Below are positions 13,001 through 25,722 of a stretch of DNA of 64,000 nt, piece by piece. Position numbers and translations under genes: made by a program. Positions within the stretch are counted from its first letter, which is position 1; each line of letters begins with the position of its first letter. A model generated the notes under the pieces. That model saw only the letters and a list, made by a program, of their open reading frames with translations. It had not been told where the DNA came from and ran no database searches. Source of the DNA: Octopus sinensis (taxonomy: Eukaryota); assembly GCF_006345805.1 (NCBI RefSeq), contig NC_043009.1, forward strand, positions 21,824,001-21,888,000. The letters are read 5' to 3'.

Positions 13001-13137
13001 GCTGTTGGATGGTTTGCCGAAGATGATACTTGTCATGCCAGTCAAGGATCTCCTGCCTTTCAACCACCAGAGATTGCCAATGGACTTGAAAGTTATGCTG
13101 GTTTTAAAGTGGATGTCTGGTCAGCAGGAGTGACATT
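13001..13137 (+). CDS. STK11: STK11 coding exon 5 (activation loop)
   Basis: Acceptor catag. [45 protein letters not shown](L). 137 bp, as in human exon 5. Donor GTAAAC. Confidence 0.95.
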
Positions 13138-14299
13138 GTAAACTATCTTTATTTATTTATCTATTTATTACTATTACTATCATTATGCTCGTGCATGCTA
13201 ATTTAGTTATCAGGTGTCTTATCTTGAGGTTTGGTGACAACAAGTCTCCTCAAATCTCGTATTATTATTATGGTGGTAAGCTAGCAGAATTGTTACTATG
13301 CTGGGCAAAATGTTTAGCGGTTTATTGTGTCCTTATGTTCTGAGGTCGACTTTGCCTTTCGTCCTTTCAGTGTCGATAAAATAAATGATAGTTGGGCAGT
13401 GGGGTCAATTTAATTGACTAGCCCCCCCTCCCACAAAATTTTAGGCCTTGTGCCTATAGTAAAAAGGACAAGGTGGCAAGCTGGCTGAATCATTAGCACA
13501 CCGGGCAAAATGCTTAGCTGCATTTCATCCTTTCAGGGTCAATAAATTAAGTATGTACTGGGGTCGATGTAATCAACTGGTCCCCTCCCCACAAATTTCA
13601 AGCTTTGTGCCTATAGTAGAAATTATTATTATTATTATTATAGGAAGGCGGCGAACTGGCAGAATCATTAGCGTGCTGGACAAAAATGCTTAGCAGTATT
13701 TCACCTGCCATTGCATTCCGTGTTCAAATTCCGCCAAAGTCAACTGCCTTTCATCCTTTCAGAGTCAATAAATTAAGTACCAGTGAAAGACTGGGGTCAA
13801 TGTAATCAACTAGACCCGTCCCCACAAATTTCAGGTCTTGTACCTGTAATAGAAAGGATTATTATTGTTAATAAGGCGGAATCATTGGCACACCAAGTAA
13901 AATGCTTAGTGGCATTTTCTCCATCTTTACAATTTGCATTCAAATTCTGCCGAGGTCAACTTTGCCTTTCTTCTTTTTGGGGTTCGATAAAATTAGTAGC
14001 AGTGAAACACTGGAGTTGATGTAATCGACTCATCCCCTCCCCCAAAATTGCTGCTCTTGTGGCAAAATTTTAAACCATTATTATTATTGTTGTTATTATT
14101 ATTACTTCAATATGAAAATAAAGTAAGATATAAAAGACACATAAAATGGATAAGAAAATAAATAAAAGAACAAGTATTATAAAATATGAATATATACAAC
14201 AAATAAATCAGTTTTGAATGGCCAGTAGATTTAAGCAAAATCAACTTATATATATTCAATAAATTAACCAATCCAATATGATGGAAAACAATCTATGCT

Positions 14300-14787
14300 T
14301 ATTAATAGTTATCGCCAAGCTAATATGGCAGTCCATAAATATAGGACGAAAGCTGCCATTGATTAGCTCCAAGAGGCCATCGCTTCTAGCTAGCTAAGTG
14401 ACACATGAACCTGTGTCCATTATAACCTTCGAACAGAGGAGGTCAGGTATCTGCAGAGTAGCCGAACCCAGTAAGCGTCGCTACTGACCATCTGTTCGAA
14501 GGATTATTTACCTAAATTCAGTGGAATACATCCACTAGTTTTCAAAAATAGAAATATTATTTCTAAGTCTCTCTAAAGGAGATAAAGGGCAAATACCCTG
14601 AAACTAGTCTGCAGATGCCTGACCAGCAAGGGGAAGTGGCTGACCTCCCCTGTTCAAAGGTTATAATGGGCACAGGTTTGTGTATCACATAGCTAGCTAA
14701 AGGCGATGGCCTTTTGGAGCTAATCAACAGCAGCTTTTGTCCTATATTTATGGACTGCCATATTAGCTTGGCAATAACTTATTAATA
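14300..14787. mobile_element. Fold-back/MITE element with about 150-160-bp inverted arms (STK11 intron 5)
   Basis: tattaatagttatcgccaagctaatatggcagtccataaatataggac...gaggtcag (14300-14446) pairs with ctgacctc...gtcctatatttatggactgccatattagcttggcaataacttattaata (14640-14787). An inner arm pairs 14441-14461 with 14604-14624. Confidence 0.9.
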
Positions 14788-15192
14788 TCCAGTACCGCTG
14801 CTGTAGTCTCCTTTAGACTATGCTTATGTTTACCATGTAAATAATACTTCCAATGCCTGCCATGATGTTGATCCTGTTTGCTACAATTTTGTCATGATGT
14901 TGAACCTGTTTGCCACAATTTTTACACATTTTCCTTTCTGCATTACTTGGTTATGGATGTAATTTTAGTTTAAAAATGCTACAAGGAAAGGTGTATTTCA
15001 AAAATTGTATTTCTTTTTATCTAATTTTTATGTGGATCTGAAATGCTTGGTGGCTTTTACAGCGTGGCATCAATGGCTCTACTTATTTGTGAAATTTTTA
15101 TTGGTTTGGCTTACACTATAACAAACATCTGAAATACTAATGTCTGTTTTATCTATAGTATAACATTAAAATTTTTCTCACTGTTTTTTTTT

Positions 15193-15405
15193 TTAACCCT
15201 TCAGATTACTCTGTCAAATGTAATGCTTACATTATTTTGAATTAATCAGGCATTATCTCATAGCTTTGAAAATTCAACGATATGTTTGTTTATTCTTAGA
15301 ATGACATTGTAGGGTAGGTATGAGAAGCCAGATCTGGCCAGTTCGAACATAAAACAGGTAGAATATTTGGACCTGTTATGGGCAGTTTGAATGCTTAAGG
15401 GTTAA
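15193..15405. mobile_element. Second piggyBac-type MITE family
   Basis: TTAA-CCCTT ... AAGGG-TTAA termini. The interior is unrelated to the 31682 family. Confidence 0.7.
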
Positions 15406-17025
15406 AAATATCCTGAGAGAGAAAGAGAGCTTTCAAATTAATCTCTGGAACTTGCTGTCAAGCATGTTGAGTGATTTAAAAAAACAAAAAAATTTCACCT
15501 AAAGTTGTTTATAACAAATTATCATCATTTAATATCAATGTTCCATGCTAGCATGAGTTGGACAGTCTGACAGGATCCAATGGGTCCAAGAACTGCACCA
15601 TGCTCCAACATCAGCTTCGGCATGGTTTCTATAGTTAGATGCCTTTCCTAATGCCAACCACATTACAGCATGCCCTGGGTGCTTTGTTTATGACACCAAT
15701 TTGTTTGAGGGTGCCGGACCAAATACTTATTTTCTGAGTTCAAATTCTGCTGAGGTCAACTTCATTTTTCATCCTTTCGGGGTCAATGAAATAAGTAACA
15801 TTTGAGCACCGAGGTTGATGTAATCATCTAGCCCCCTTCCCAAAATTTCATGCCTTGCACCCGTAGTAGAAAGGATAATCATTTATTATGAACCCCTTTT
15901 GTAAAATATTTGATTTATCACTATGATTAATTTCCACATAACTAAATATGTAAACCAATAAAATACACTTTTATAAGGACAGATTCCATCACAGGTTATC
16001 ATGAGGTCAGTTATCTGCAATCATTTTAATCACATAAGTTTATTTCTGGATCAGGGAACAACATTATCTCTTGATTGAGGTTTAAGGAGCTTAAGAGGTA
16101 GTCTCAACATGTTCACACATTATAAATTATCACAATCTTCATTTTGTGTTAGATCTGGGTTTTTTTTTTCTTTCTCTATACTGACTTGAGTAAAAGAGAT
16201 TTATAACTCTGAATGCATCAATGCCTTCACCTGTCTCTTTGTTGTTTGTCGCCTTTACTTTATTGATGCATATCATGAGGTACAGGTGTGGCTGTGTGGT
16301 TAAGAAGCTTGCTTCCCAACCCTGTGGTCTTCAGTTCAGTCCCAGTGCATGGCATTATCGGTAATGGGTGTCTACTATAGCCCTGGGTTGACCAAAGGCT
16401 TGCAAGTTGATGTGCTACATGGAAACTGAAAGAAGCCCATTGTATGTGTGTTAACGTCTCTTTGACTTCATGAGACAGTTGTAAATGAACATCACTGTCA
16501 TTCAAGTGGTGTCCTTTGCTTCCAATCTCCCATAAAAATGTCTGGTCACGGGAAAATATTACCTTAGTTGGAAACAGGAGAGTTGGTGATAGGAAGAGCA
16601 TCAAAGTATAGTCTCTAACTCAACAAATTCTGTTTGACTCACGCATGCATGGAAAATTGGACGTTAAACAACAACAATGATGATGATGATGCATGTGTTT
16701 GTGTGTCCCTGTCTCAAGACCTCACGTGATTGTTGTAAATGAGCTGGCTATGGGGGGAAATATAACTTTGCTAGGAAACCAGTAAGGGTTGGTGACAGGA
16801 AGAGCATCTGACTGTAGATAATTCTGCTTGACATATGCAAGCATGGGAAAATGGGCATTAAATGATGATGATCATCATTGTTACCATACATCACTGATTC
16901 GTATATGTTTTTCTTATACCTGCCATGCAACAGCCTTTTACATTACTTATATACATACATACAGATGCACACTGTTACTGATGTAAACTGAGAATTACAT
17001 ACACTGTTCTTTGTTTTTGTTTCAG

Positions 17026-17153
17026 ATATAACATAACGACTGGATTATATCCATTTGAAGGGGACAATATTTACAAGTTGTTTGAAAACATAGGCAAAGG
17101 AAAATATGTGATACCTGATGTTCTTTGCCCGAGTTTAACTGACTTAATACAGG
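17026..17153 (+). CDS. STK11: STK11 coding exon 6
   Basis: Acceptor ttcag. [42 protein letters not shown](G). 128 bp, as in human exon 6. Donor GTAAGA. Confidence 0.97.
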
Positions 17154-18755
17154 GTAAGAAAGAATTGTTTATTTAACCATTTTTTTTTATCATATTTCCA
17201 TTAAATTATGCTGCTTTTGGTTCATTTGATTTCAAGAATAAGGAAGGATTTGCTAAAATAACCTTGTCGTTTTTAATCTGAAGTTTGGAACTAAATTAAC
17301 ATGAAGTTTTGATGGCAGGTTTTAGTTTAGGTCACTTTAAAACAAGAAATTTGTGTCATAAAATCAAGGGTGGACAAAAGGGTCAACTCTTTTGTTACAA
17401 TGTTTCTGTTGAGATGCTCTGTGTTTCTTTCAATTAATTTTAAATATAACAAAGAATTTAGTAAAATAACTTAGTTATCATTCAGCTAATGTTAGGAACA
17501 TAAATTGTGACCAAGATTTTAATTCAAATCTTATGTAAACAAGACGTTTGTACTACAGAGCCAGAGGCGGTTTCAGCCAGGTTGGTATCGAAAGAGTTAA
17601 AACATATCACCATCTGCAGTCGTATTTATTTTTTTCCTGAAATGATATTTTAGATGTAGGCATGGTTGAGTGGTTATGATCACTTCACATCCATGTGATT
17701 TGAGATTCCAACCCATCGTGTGATAACACAAGCAAGTGGCTTTTGCTATAGTCTTGGGCTGAACCAATAACTTCTGAGGGAAATTTAGTAGACAGAAACT
17801 GTGTAGAAGGCGGTGAGCCAGCAGAAATGTTAGCATGCCGGGCGAAATGCTTAGTGGTATTTCGTCTGCCGTTACGTCCTGAGGTCGACTTTGCCTTTCA
17901 TCCTTTCGGGGTCGATTAAATTAGTACCAGTTACGCACTGGGGTCGATATAATTGACTTACTTCCTTTGTCTGTCCTTGTTTGTCCACTCTATGTTTAGC
18001 CCCTTGTGGGCAATAAAGAAATAAACTGTGTAGAAGTCTGTGTGTGTGTACAGGGAGCCCTTAAATTACCTTTACAGGCAACAAGGGTTCCAGTTGATTT
18101 CATCAACAGAACAGCGTGCTCATGAAATTAATATGCAAGTGGCTGAGCATTCCACAGACATGTGTACCCTTAACATATTTCTCTGGGATATTCAGCGTAA
18201 TACAGACTGACAAGGCTGGCCCTTGTGAATTACAGGTGCAACTCATTTTTGCTAACTGAGTGAACTGAAGCTGTGTGAAATAAAGCATCTTGCTCAAGGA
18301 CACTGTGCATCACAGGGAATTGAACTCAGGTCCTTATACCCTAACTCAGCCAAATACCCTAACCGTGAAGCCACTCACCTTTACCACTACACTGAAAGCT
18401 TTAATGGACGATGATATTCTACATGAAGTTTTAAACTCACTTGTTGCAGTTATACATTTATATAATGTGATTTTTGTGTGTGTGGGCACGCAGATGTGGC
18501 TGTGTGGTTAAGAAAAGTTTGTTTCCTAACTACATGGATCTGGGTTCAGTCCTACTATTAGTTTACTGGCTCCCTTATTAGTGTGTGAAGTGGTTGTATG
18601 GGGAAAAGACTGCAGAAAGAAAATTGACTGTAAAAGATTGTAAAGATTTTAACAAATTGATCTGTCTGTTTATGTCCAAAAACTATTTTATGCAAAGGTA
18701 TTTTTAAAAGAAATAAATAAATGTAATCTGTTTATTTTTTCCTTATCTGTTGTAG

Positions 18756-18813
18756 GTATGTTAGAATATGATCCAGAAAAAAGGTTATCTATTCAAAAGA
18801 TTAGAAAACATGG
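18756..18813 (+). CDS. STK11: STK11 coding exon 7
   Basis: Acceptor tgtag. (G)MLEYDPEKRLSIQKIRKH(G). 58 bp, as in human exon 7. Donor GTATGT. Confidence 0.96.
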
Positions 18814-18844
18814 GTATGTGTGTGTGTATTTCGATTTACTCCTC

Positions 18845-18876
<32 letters not shown>

Positions 18877-20392
18877 ACCTACTGCTTTCCTTTCACTTAT
18901 GCTTTATCTCTGTTGCCCTCTCTCTTTTCATCACCCTTCCCTTGCTCCTCTCTTCTCATTTTCTCTTCCCTCTCCCCACTCCTTTCATCTCATCTTCCTC
19001 TTTCTTTCATTTTCCTGTCTTTCCTCTTTGTTTCTCAAAAATACAAAAATATATCCAGTTTCTTCGTTGGAACTTGTGATGACTTAAAGCAGGTTCAGTA
19101 AAGAAGCTTCTCAATGCCATTTGTAAGGGGCTGAAAATAGTGACAACCAGTGTTGTGATGTCTCAGAGTACACACTTGATTGATTTCTCTTTGTAACCAT
19201 GACACTCAGTGGTTATTATTTGTTTTATTTCATTTATTTCTTCTAGTAGGATATGAAAGAAATGGGAAGTTGCTGTGAGGTTCATTCCTTCCTCTGAAAA
19301 CCTAAGTGTAAAGGTACAGCTACAGCTGGAAATATAGTACCTACTGTAAATTTGATTTACTGGGATGTTATAGTCAATGATTTCTTGTCGCTGTTTAATG
19401 CTTCCCACCTATGTCATCTTGGGGCCAGTTCCACTGCAAAGTATCTCGAGCAAGTGTATTCTATAGCCCCAGGTTGATCAATGCCTTGTGAATGGTCATG
19501 TGCACCGTGTAAAAATAAATATCCAAAGAAAGGCATTAGGAAGTTACTTCTGTGTTCCAAAAAAATTCTTTGAGAAGCATGTATTCTCATAGAATTTTCA
19601 TAGAATTATGGTAACCATGATCATCATCATTTATACCCATTTTTCCATGAATGCATATGAAGGAGAATTTATTGAAGCAAATTTTTCTATGGCCAAATGC
19701 TTTCCCCGTCACCAACCTGCATGTTAAGGCAATTACCAGGGACCTATACGTTTCTTTATCATCTGTATCTTCATTTAAGATTCTACAGCTAATTCCATTT
19801 ATTTCTGTCTGTTTCCCATACAACTCAGTGGATTTAATGGAACCATGCTGGTGCCATGTAAAAATCACCCAGTACACTCTGTACAGTATCCAGCCTTAGA
19901 AACCTTACCAAAACAGACAATTTTAGCCTGGTGCAGCTTTCCAGCCTGCCAGCTACTATCAAACCATCCAACCATCCAAATTGGACATTAAGTGATGATG
20001 TCATTCTTCTTGGTTTTCTAATATGCATCTTTCTATTATTATTATTATTATTTCATGTTTGACTTTTGCTTTGCATTTGTATAAATTGGCTCCAAGTCTC
20101 ACCCAGAGACCTCAAGAGACAACAAGTTAGAAGTTCATGTTGGTGTTATGCCTAGGGTGCCATATATTTGGTTTTGTACATATTGTTGTTCTAGAGAATG
20201 TTTAAGAAAACATAGGAAAATTGTTTGTTTTAAAATTTGAGATTACATAGACAGTATTTTACGTAGGATATGGGCAGTTCCCATGAGCACTATCATTTGA
20301 ATTTCTGCCATTTTGGGGTTTCCTGGTATCTGAGCTAGGTAGCAATCAGCCCCTTTTGCTGCTGCTACTGCTATTATTATTATTATTATTAT

Positions 20393-20438
<46 letters not shown>

Positions 20439-21095
20439 ACAGATCTTAGTTATTCATTGAGTGTACATCTATATTGAGGGAAGGAAGAGCAGTGGCTATC
20501 AATAAATTTTGTTGACCTTCTTAGACTGGGGAGATTGATGCAGTTGATGCTTAAGCTGAACATCTGCAAGAAAAAAACATGTAGATAGGTGCTGGCGTGG
20601 ACCTGTGGTAAGAAGTTTCTTGCCAGCTACATAATTCCAGATTTTATCCTACAGCATGACACCTTGGGCACCTTCTACTATAGCCTCAAGCTAACCAAAG
20701 TGAGTGAAGAGAAAGAAGTCCATTGTGTGTGCATGTGTTACTGTCTCCATGCCCTGGCATCCTGTGATAGTTATGTGGAAGTGTTACTTCATGCTTGCAG
20801 CGTCCTCCATTTCCAGTCTTCCATGAACATGTATCTGGTCATGGGGAAATATTTCCTTATTAGGAAGCAGGTGACGGCTGGTGACATGAAAGGCATCCAA
20901 CCATAGAAAAGCCAATTCAACAAATTCTGTCCAACCCATGCAAGCAGAGAAAAGTGAATGCTAAAATGATGTAAATAACGAAAATTGGAGGTTCTTGTTC
21001 ATTTATAAAGATGAATGCGTAAAACTAAAACCTTACTGACAACTCCTCCTCTGACATTTTGGACAATTTCATCAGTTTCTATTTTCTGTTTGCAG

Positions 21096-21274
21096 CTGGG
21101 TACAGAAAAATCATCCACAGACCTGTGAACGGGTGTCACTACCTCCAGCCCCAAATGGTGATACTTTACGCAACATGACTGTTTTATTATATCTTGATGT
21201 CTTACACAATGAAAAGGCAAACAGTGAAGAGGAGTTTGAAGAGGAAGAGGACGGTGATGTCTTGGATCCCGAAG
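21096..21274 (+). CDS. STK11: STK11 coding exon 8
   Basis: Acceptor tgcag. WVQKNHPQTCERVSLPPAPNGDTLRNMTVLLYLDVLHNEKANSEEEFEEEEDGDVLDPE. Conserved W and RNMTVLLYL (human RSMTVVPYL). Donor GTATGT, phase 1. Confidence 0.93.
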
Positions 21275-21659
21275 GTATGTTAGCTTTATATATCTATCCC
21301 ATATATATATATATATATACTTTTAAGGCAGCAAGCTGGCAGAATTGTTACAGCACAGGACAAAATGCTTAGCAGCATTTCATCCAACGGCTTACGTTTT
21401 GAGTTCAAATCCCACCAACGTACATTAAGGTAGTGCTCCAGCATAGTTACAATCAAAAGACAAACAAATAAAAAAAATATCTACTCCATTGATGAATCTC
21501 TTGGGTGTTTTTGCATATAATTGAAGTGAAACTATTATTGGTGTATGTCATCCAAGGGTGTTACCATACTTGCCATGCTTGGCAATTCAGGTTGACAAGC
21601 CCTTTAGAGGGCTTTTACCTCATGTAGAGGTATATCAGGTCTATTCTTTACTGGGTATA

Positions 21660-21877
21660 TGAGTGGGGTGCTGAAAAGTTCCTAGCTTTGGGTAAAAGAA
21701 AATACAGGAGGATCAATTAATTATGATTTTATTCAACATACTCCCCTCTGAGATTCACACATTCATTACAGTAGTCCTTCAGGTTTTTTAAGCCCTATAA
21801 AAGAACTCTAAAGGTTGGGCCTTCAACCAGGCCTTTTGCAATACCCTTAAAGCCAGGAACTTTTCAGCACCCCCTCA
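21660..21877. mobile_element. Tc1/mariner-type MITE
   Basis: About 29-bp TIR TGAG(T)GGGGTGCTGAAAAGTTCCT(A/G)GCTTT with TA on both sides (21658-21659, 21878-21879). Confidence 0.8.
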
Positions 21878-22686
21878 TACACACACATTTAGGACTGTAT
21901 ATATGTCTGTATGCGCACACCAATCTTGAGGGACTGGATTTGATCTTACTATGCAGCACTTTGGACAAGTGGCTTCTGTCACTGCCTTGGGTTGTTGACC
22001 CAAGCTTTGTGAGTGAAACAGGTTAAACAGAAACTGTATAGGATAGCTGTACCCCTAATTGAAAGGTCTAGCTGTATAACATAACTCTTGGGTCTACCTG
22101 AAAGTTCCAACTATCATACAAGAAGACACACACACACATGATGGGCTTTTTTCAGTTTCCAACTACCAAGTCCATTCACAAGGTTTTGGTTGGCCAAGAG
22201 CTCTGGTAGAAATCATTTAGCCAAGTAGCTATGCAGTGGAACTGAACCCAGAGCCATGTGGTCGAAAAACACACTTCTCAACTATTCAGTTATGCCAGCA
22301 CTTTGTGTGTGTGTGTGTGTGTCACTAGTTTGCAGTTGGCCAAATTTGATGTGTGGCGAGGAGAAAGAGAATCCCTGTAAATGTATTGTACAATGTATGG
22401 AAGATAGATTCAAAGTGATTAGCTTTTACAACAACAGGAGCATGTTGTGAGGTTTACAATAGGTGAGAAGCCTACACATAGCAGGATACATTATAGTCAG
22501 TGTACAGTGTGAATCTCCGGTTAGAGGATGGGGTTGTATTGGGAATTCGGTAAGGAATGTAAATGAGTTATATTTTCCTTTAGAAAGGAAGTTGATATAT
22601 TTATGTATGTGTAATAAAACATAGTGATTGTATATATAAATATTGGCATATTGTAAAAATTATATACTAATATGCAATATTCTAGA

Positions 22687-23514
22687 TACCAGCTGACATA
22701 CCCAGTAATTCTCGGGAAAGCGGGGCTTATCCCTTGGTTCTGTTCTCATAATCGTTTCGCTGATCCAATAACAACAATACAAAGTATGTAGCCCTTAAAA
22801 TGGTTTTTGTGCATTTACAGAGAATACTGAACTGTCTTACATAGGATATTGTTTTCAGGAATTCCCAATAAGTTATGAATACCCAAAGTGTGAAATCAGT
22901 TATGTAATAAAATGAAATTAGTTACCCGATAGTAAGAATTCAAATAAAGTAGCCCTGGAAAGGGCTTTAATGCGTTCACAAAGTATATAAAACAGGAAAT
23001 ACCAATAAGGTATGTATACTAAAATTGTGAAGCATGTTATGTAATACCAAGCTAATCAGTTATGAGATAATTCAAAGTAAATAACTCTGAAAAGGGCTTT
23101 TGTGCATTCCCAGAGAATATTACCCTCAGGGGCACTAGTGTTGGTATATGCGTGAATAAGTGACTAACCAAAATATGTGAATCTATTGTTTAGGAAAATA
23201 CTATTTACTTGTTTAAGGGTTGTACTGGATAAATTGCAAAAATAACTCTAACAGTTCAAATATTAAGAAATAAACATAGTCAATTTCATTTTTACCAAAT
23301 AATTTAGGAGAATGACTGGGTTATCTCCTTTGGCTATATATAAGGATCCTTTCCAGGGGCCCTATTTTCTCAACATCCTGAGTATGCCATGAGGTTTCCC
23401 GACAGGAGTTCTACTCACGTGTCAAGTTCCATCAAAATCGATAAAACGATGTAGGAGTTAGCTAACAACTCCACAAACACACTCACAGACAGAATTTCCC
23501 ACATATGTAGTAGA
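22687..23514 (+). mobile_element. Helitron/HINE-like non-autonomous element
   Basis: 5' (t)accagctgacatacccagtaattctcggg. 3' aagttccatcaaaatcgat...cacagacagaatttcccacatatgtagtaga. These resemble Lep1/HINE-type ends. Similar 3' ends occur at about 38060-38128 and 48840-48930. Confidence 0.5.
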
Positions 23515-23964
23515 ATTTGATTGTTTGAATGGTAAAATAGTAATATTAATTTGCAATATAATGCAAAATTGTTTGTATATTTTAAATTAACTCTTTCATT
23601 ACCATCCTACCTGAAACCATCTTTGGTTCTATTATGCAAATTCATTACTTGAAGTCTCTTCTCCATTCTGACATGGGTCGGATGGTTTGACAGGTGCTGC
23701 ACCAGGTCCACGTCATCTATCTTGGCATGGTTTCTATGGCCGGATGCCCTTTGTAATGCCAACCACTTTACAGTGTGTACCGAGTGCTTTTATGTGGCGG
23801 CACAAGTGCTTTTTATGTGATGCCAGCACAGTTGCATTTTATATGGTGCCTTCTATATGACACTAGCACAGGTATTCTTTATGTAGCGCCAGCATGGATG
23901 CTTTTTATGTGGGGCCAGCACAGGTGCCCTTTATAAATTCTGTTTTAAAAGGATCTGAATTAAA

Positions 23965-24190
23965 ACCTATTTCTTTACTACCCACAAGGGGCTAAACACA
24001 GAGGGGACAAACAAGGACAGACAAACGGATTAAGTCGATTACATCGACCCCAGTGCGTAACTGGTACTTAATTTATCGACCCTGAAAGGATGAAAGGCAA
24101 AGTCGACCTCGGCGGAATTTGAACTCAGAACGTAGCGGCAGACGAAATACAGCTAAGCATTTCGCCCGGCGTGCTAACGTGTCTGCCATC
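23965..24190 (-). mobile_element. tRNA-derived SINE family B, representative copy
   Basis: Head gagctggcagaa..ttagcacgccgggcgaaatg, B box GAGTTCAAATTCC, central tttcatcctttcggggtcgataaattaagtaccag and an (ATT)n tail in many copies. Others at about 40-235(-), 3135-3345(+), 4513-4950(+, x2), 13270-14090(+, cluster), 17810-18022(+), 30620-31050(+), 46265-46630(-), 51655-52270(-, x3) and 62455-62650(+). Confidence 0.88.
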
Positions 24191-25722
24191 CATCAAAACT
24201 TCATGCTAATTTATATTCGATACATGAGCTTAATTATGACAGTTATTTTAATAAATTTCTCATTATTTTCAAATTTAATGGAAACGAGCAATTTCAACAG
24301 AAATATCGTAACGTATTTTGCCTTTTTCGGTTTTCCATACATCATGCTCTGATATACCTGGACACATCATCAGTGATGCTTCATGAGGTCATCGAATGTT
24401 TCATGTCTTTCAACATCAGACACCTTCACCCAGGTGACCCAGCCAAGGTTAACCGAACCCCACCTTGTGTCCAGTTAGCCCTACCCCTTCCAAAGCTTGC
24501 CCCCTTCTGATCCACAGCCACCTTGAAGTAACCTCTGCTACCTCCACAGCCAATGTGATGGTTTTCTATTTGCTGACCCCTGCAATGACAAGCAGGTTCT
24601 GGGCTCTACAGAGGGACTGCCCTGCAAACTATACTTTGCTTACCACTCATTGTTTTAGCATGGCTTCACCAACTCCAGAAATCTTTGAAGTGGTGGTTTT
24701 TTTTTTTTTTCCAAACTAATATTACAGGTGTGGCTGTGTGGTAAGAAGCTTGTTTCCCAACCACATGGTTCCGGGTTCAGTTCCACTGTGTGGCACTTTG
24801 GGCAAGTGTTTTCTATTATAGTCTCAGGCCACCCAAAGCCTTGTGAGTGAATTTGGTAGATGAAAACTGAAAGAAGCCCAGCATGTGTGTTTATGTGTCT
24901 GTGTTTGTTCCCCCCCCCATCGCTTGGCACTTGATGTTGGTGTCTTTACATCTGCATAACCTAGCGGTTTGGCAAAAGAGACCAATAGAATAAGTACTAG
25001 GCTTACAAAGAATAAGTCCTGTGGGAGTCGATATTTGTTCGACTAAAGGCAGTACTCCAGCATAGCCACAGTGAATTGACTGAGGCCATGCTGGAGCACC
25101 GCCTTTAGTCAAGCAAATTGACCCCAGGACTTTGTAAGCCTAGTACTTATTCTATCGGTCTCTTTGGATGAATCGCTAAGTTACGGGGATGTAAACACCA
25201 GCATCGGTTGTCAAGCGATGCTGGGGACACACACACACACACAGATATATATATATATATATACGACAGGCTTCTTTCAGTTTCCGTCTACCAAATCCAC
25301 TCACAAGGCTTTGGTCAGCCTGAGGCTATAGTAAAAGACACTTGCCCAAGGTGCCACGCAGTGGGACTGAACCCAGAACCATGTGATTGGTAAGCAAGCT
25401 ACTTACCACACAGCCACTCCTGTAATAGAATAAAATGTCCATTAATATTTGTTCTTAGGTAATGGATAGCTGAATGGTATTTCATCTGTCTTTACATTCC
25501 AACTTCAAATTCAACCAAGATCAACTTCACTTTTCATCCTTCAAGGATTGATAAAATAAGAACCATCTAAGCATAGGGAGTCAATGAAATCGACCCCCCC
25601 ACACACACACACACGAAATTGCCGGCCTTGTGTCAAAATTTAAAAGTAATATTTGTTCTGATATTTAATTTAGATTTTTTTTTTTTTTTTTCAAATTATA
25701 ATTTATATTTTGTCTTTCACAG

